DNA from: Camelus ferus
Lineage: Eukaryota
Reading direction: 5' to 3'
NCBI RefSeq assembly: GCF_009834535.1
Contig: NC_045697.1
Span: forward strand, 78,184,001 to 78,248,000
Length of the DNA stretch: 64,000 nucleotides
The translations under genes were made by a program, and so were the position numbers. Position 1 is the first letter of the stretch, and every line of letters starts with the position of its first letter. Below, piece after piece: positions 61,323 to 64,000 of the stretch. The notes under the pieces were generated by a model. That model saw only the letters and a program-made list of their open reading frames with translations. It was not told the origin of the DNA and searched no databases.

Positions 61323-64000
61323 AAACACTTCTAGTTATAGTGTACTAAAGGGAAGTGACTTCTAGGGTCTCGGGGCTTGGTTTAAATGGTATAGCACTTG
61401 TTATCGAAATACATTGGCTGTTCTTCATCTAGATATCATTTAAGTATATCTTTTTCTTCCCTACAAGTGTAATTGGCTGCCATTAATTAATTTTTATAAA
61501 AAGCTTTAAAGATGAAAAGTGGCATCTAAGTAGTGACTCATCAAGCATGAGTGCAAGTTCAACACCTGTGTGTTGCACCGTTAGACTCTGAAGATAAGAG
61601 TAAATGATAGTGACTTTTAGAGACACCAAAGAAAGGCATGAATCCCTTTTCTGAAGGAAAATATTGCATAAAATGACACATATGTAATAAATGCTTGAAC
61701 ATTCTATTCAATACTTTTACAATGACCAAAAATTGCTATTTTCCAAAACAAAAATTTCTGAAATGGATATTAAGCGTAACTTTTACTGAAATACAGGGAA
61801 CATTGATCTTGAGGGTTTTTTTATAGATTGTTTGCCGTTTATGATGTGCATATTGGTAATTATGACTAAAACCTTTTGGGGCAACCAAAGACATCAAGGT
61901 CTTTATACGATTCCATTTCAAGGGATAATTTGGTTCAGTGTATCTAAATATATCGAATGATGAACCATGCAAACAAATGGTGCTCTCATGCTCTGTGACA
62001 TAAAAGAGTGAAGATATATAAGCGCACACCAAATTTTGACTCTACAATTCATTACATAAGCATATATTTTAAATGTGCTTTTCCTCTAGCATTTTATTGA
62101 TTCTATATATTATCTATTTGTAGAAACCTTAGCTAAAACAGAATAAAGCATGCACTATGAAACACTATTTATATAATTTGTAAGTCATAAGTTTCTTCCT
62201 TGGGAGTAGAGAAAAGCAACAGAAAGAATATCTATAACCCAAGCTCTGCGTATCTGATGTAGTCTCATATAGAGAGAGGGACAGATATGATAATATAAGT
62301 ATTCTGTATATGTTTGTTGACTTGTGTCCTAAGAAGATACTCATTTGATATTCATTTTACTGTGCCATGATATTATATATATAATATATAATCCAGAATA
62401 TATTTTAATTAAAATTATTATATCTAAATTATATCATTATTTACTTTTTCAAAACCAACACATTTTGGTGGTAGGTTCATGTCTATAATCTTCCATTCTT
62501 GTACACAAAGGAAAAGTAATTTAGTTTCACATTATAGGGCATATAAATTTCCTGATATAAATTTTGTACTAATTCTAATCATTTTTCCTGGCTCTGTGTA
62601 GAAAGATACTCATCAACTAATCCGAGTTTGTCTTAATCTTAAATGTTTAGAAAAAAATATTGGCAAAAGAATTATCATCATCTTACAATAAAAACACACA
62701 CAAAATGAGGATATGATTTGTGTAAATATTTCACCATTTTGTATGGCCAACTGTAATTTCTCATAGCACATATTTTTCCTTCACAGTAATCCACTGTTTG
62801 TGTATTTAACAAAGTAAAGCTGAGAGATCCTGACTTTCATAAACTTCTTACCAGAATCTCTTGGCATTATAATTTGCCTGTTGACTTTTAGTCCTAATTG
62901 GTTCATTTATTTCAAGATGAAACAGCAAAAATGTTATAACTTGCTGATTGATATTTTGCCTTCTATAGTATTGTTCTTTCTCAAACATTAGAATGTAGTG
63001 TTCAAGAATATTTGTGGTAAGCATGTCTTTAAAGATATTTCCCCAAGGCAATATTCAGTTTCAAATTATGGTGATGATTTTGATGAAAAAATGGGTGCTA
63101 TAAGATGAATTTTTGTAGGTCAGTCAATGGGCTATTTTATAACAATAGCATTCGTTTTCTCCAGGCCTTAGCATGTCTATGAAAAAAGCCAATGGAAAAA
63201 AAGGATAGATAAACTGGATTCCAAGTATTAATGTATCAATACATCATATATTTCAAGTTTCTTCCTCTTAAAATGAGTTGTTTTTTTTTTTAAAAAAGGA
63301 TAGTTTCTGAAATTTTAAAACCAATTTTCTGAATATTTTGTAAAGATTCATTTGCATAAAATATTTATAATCTACATGCAGTGATAGTTAGATTAGTACT
63401 AGATTTAGAGTTGAGCTGCATGAAAGAACAAATGAATCTGTAGGAGAATGCTATAATATCTAGTTTAAAGGTGAAAATTCTGTGAGCCAACAACTATTTG
63501 TGTTAGGTGTAGCCTTAGTCATGACTCAAATCTCATTGAGACCTCTTACGAAAAAAGCATATCTCTTCCTTTGGTTTCAAGTATTAGACAGTAGTCTATT
63601 GTTTCAGATGCCTATCTCTAGGCTTGGACCAGTTTCTCCTCTCCCTGTTATCACTAAATCTCTTAGAAAGAGGGTGTTTTGGAGGAGGTGATAGCTTCAT
63701 GAGAAGAGAGAGAAAGTGACAGCAATTAAAAAGAGTAACACGACGGCTTGATGTATTAGAGAACTGTAAACATATTTTCATATCTGTCTGTCTATCTACC
63801 TATTGATCTACCTGTGTAATCCATCTATCAGTCAAGCACACTTCCAAAGCTCATCTTTTAGTTCTGCTTCAGTTGGAATGCTTCTGTCTCCTGTTGATGG
63901 ATAGTGTTCCAGGGCTTGTTGTAGTTACCAGTTTCCACATCCTTGTATACAGAAAAAAGAAAAAAAAAAAACCCATGATGTATTATAATCAGACTCAGTC

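Noticed and set aside
63835..63975. Minus-strand polypyrimidine tract and AG followed by exon-like sequence
   Set aside because: All three frames hit stops within ~90 nt, there is no good donor, and it opposes the inferred host strand.

Overview
Repeat-rich, AT-rich mammalian (eutherian) non-coding DNA, probably intronic. I see no prokaryotic-type genes, rRNA, genuine tRNA or CRISPR array, and no cellular protein-coding exon I can name. The only ORFs with recognisable protein content are decayed transposon remnants: two LINE-1 ORF2 C-terminal pieces (8939-9193 and 56618-57651) and a hAT/Charlie1 transposase fragment (27845-28560). The window is a mosaic of ancient MIR, L2, MLT1 (MaLR) LTRs, hAT-Charlie MERs, one MamSINE1-like tRNA-derived SINE, old L1M pieces and six lineage-specific L1 3' ends. 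The cetartiodactyl-type L1 3' UTRs, with no recognisable Alu, B1/B2, Bov-A/BovB, PRE-1 or Can-SINE, suggest a camelid-like genome (inference). Nearly all LTRs and young L1s lie on the minus strand, as expected inside an intron of a plus-strand gene. The best leads are a CpG-retaining candidate alternative promoter/first-exon cluster at ~48.2-48.7 kb, a FOX:ETS motif overlapping a 31-nt candidate exon at ~44.8 kb, a FOX/AP-1/p53-family motif cluster at ~10.4-10.5 kb, an apparently internally inverted Charlie1 fossil, and some unusual L1 structures. I found no convincing evidence of a novel biological system. All repeat family names are from recalled consensus motifs, not a database search, and boundaries are approximate.
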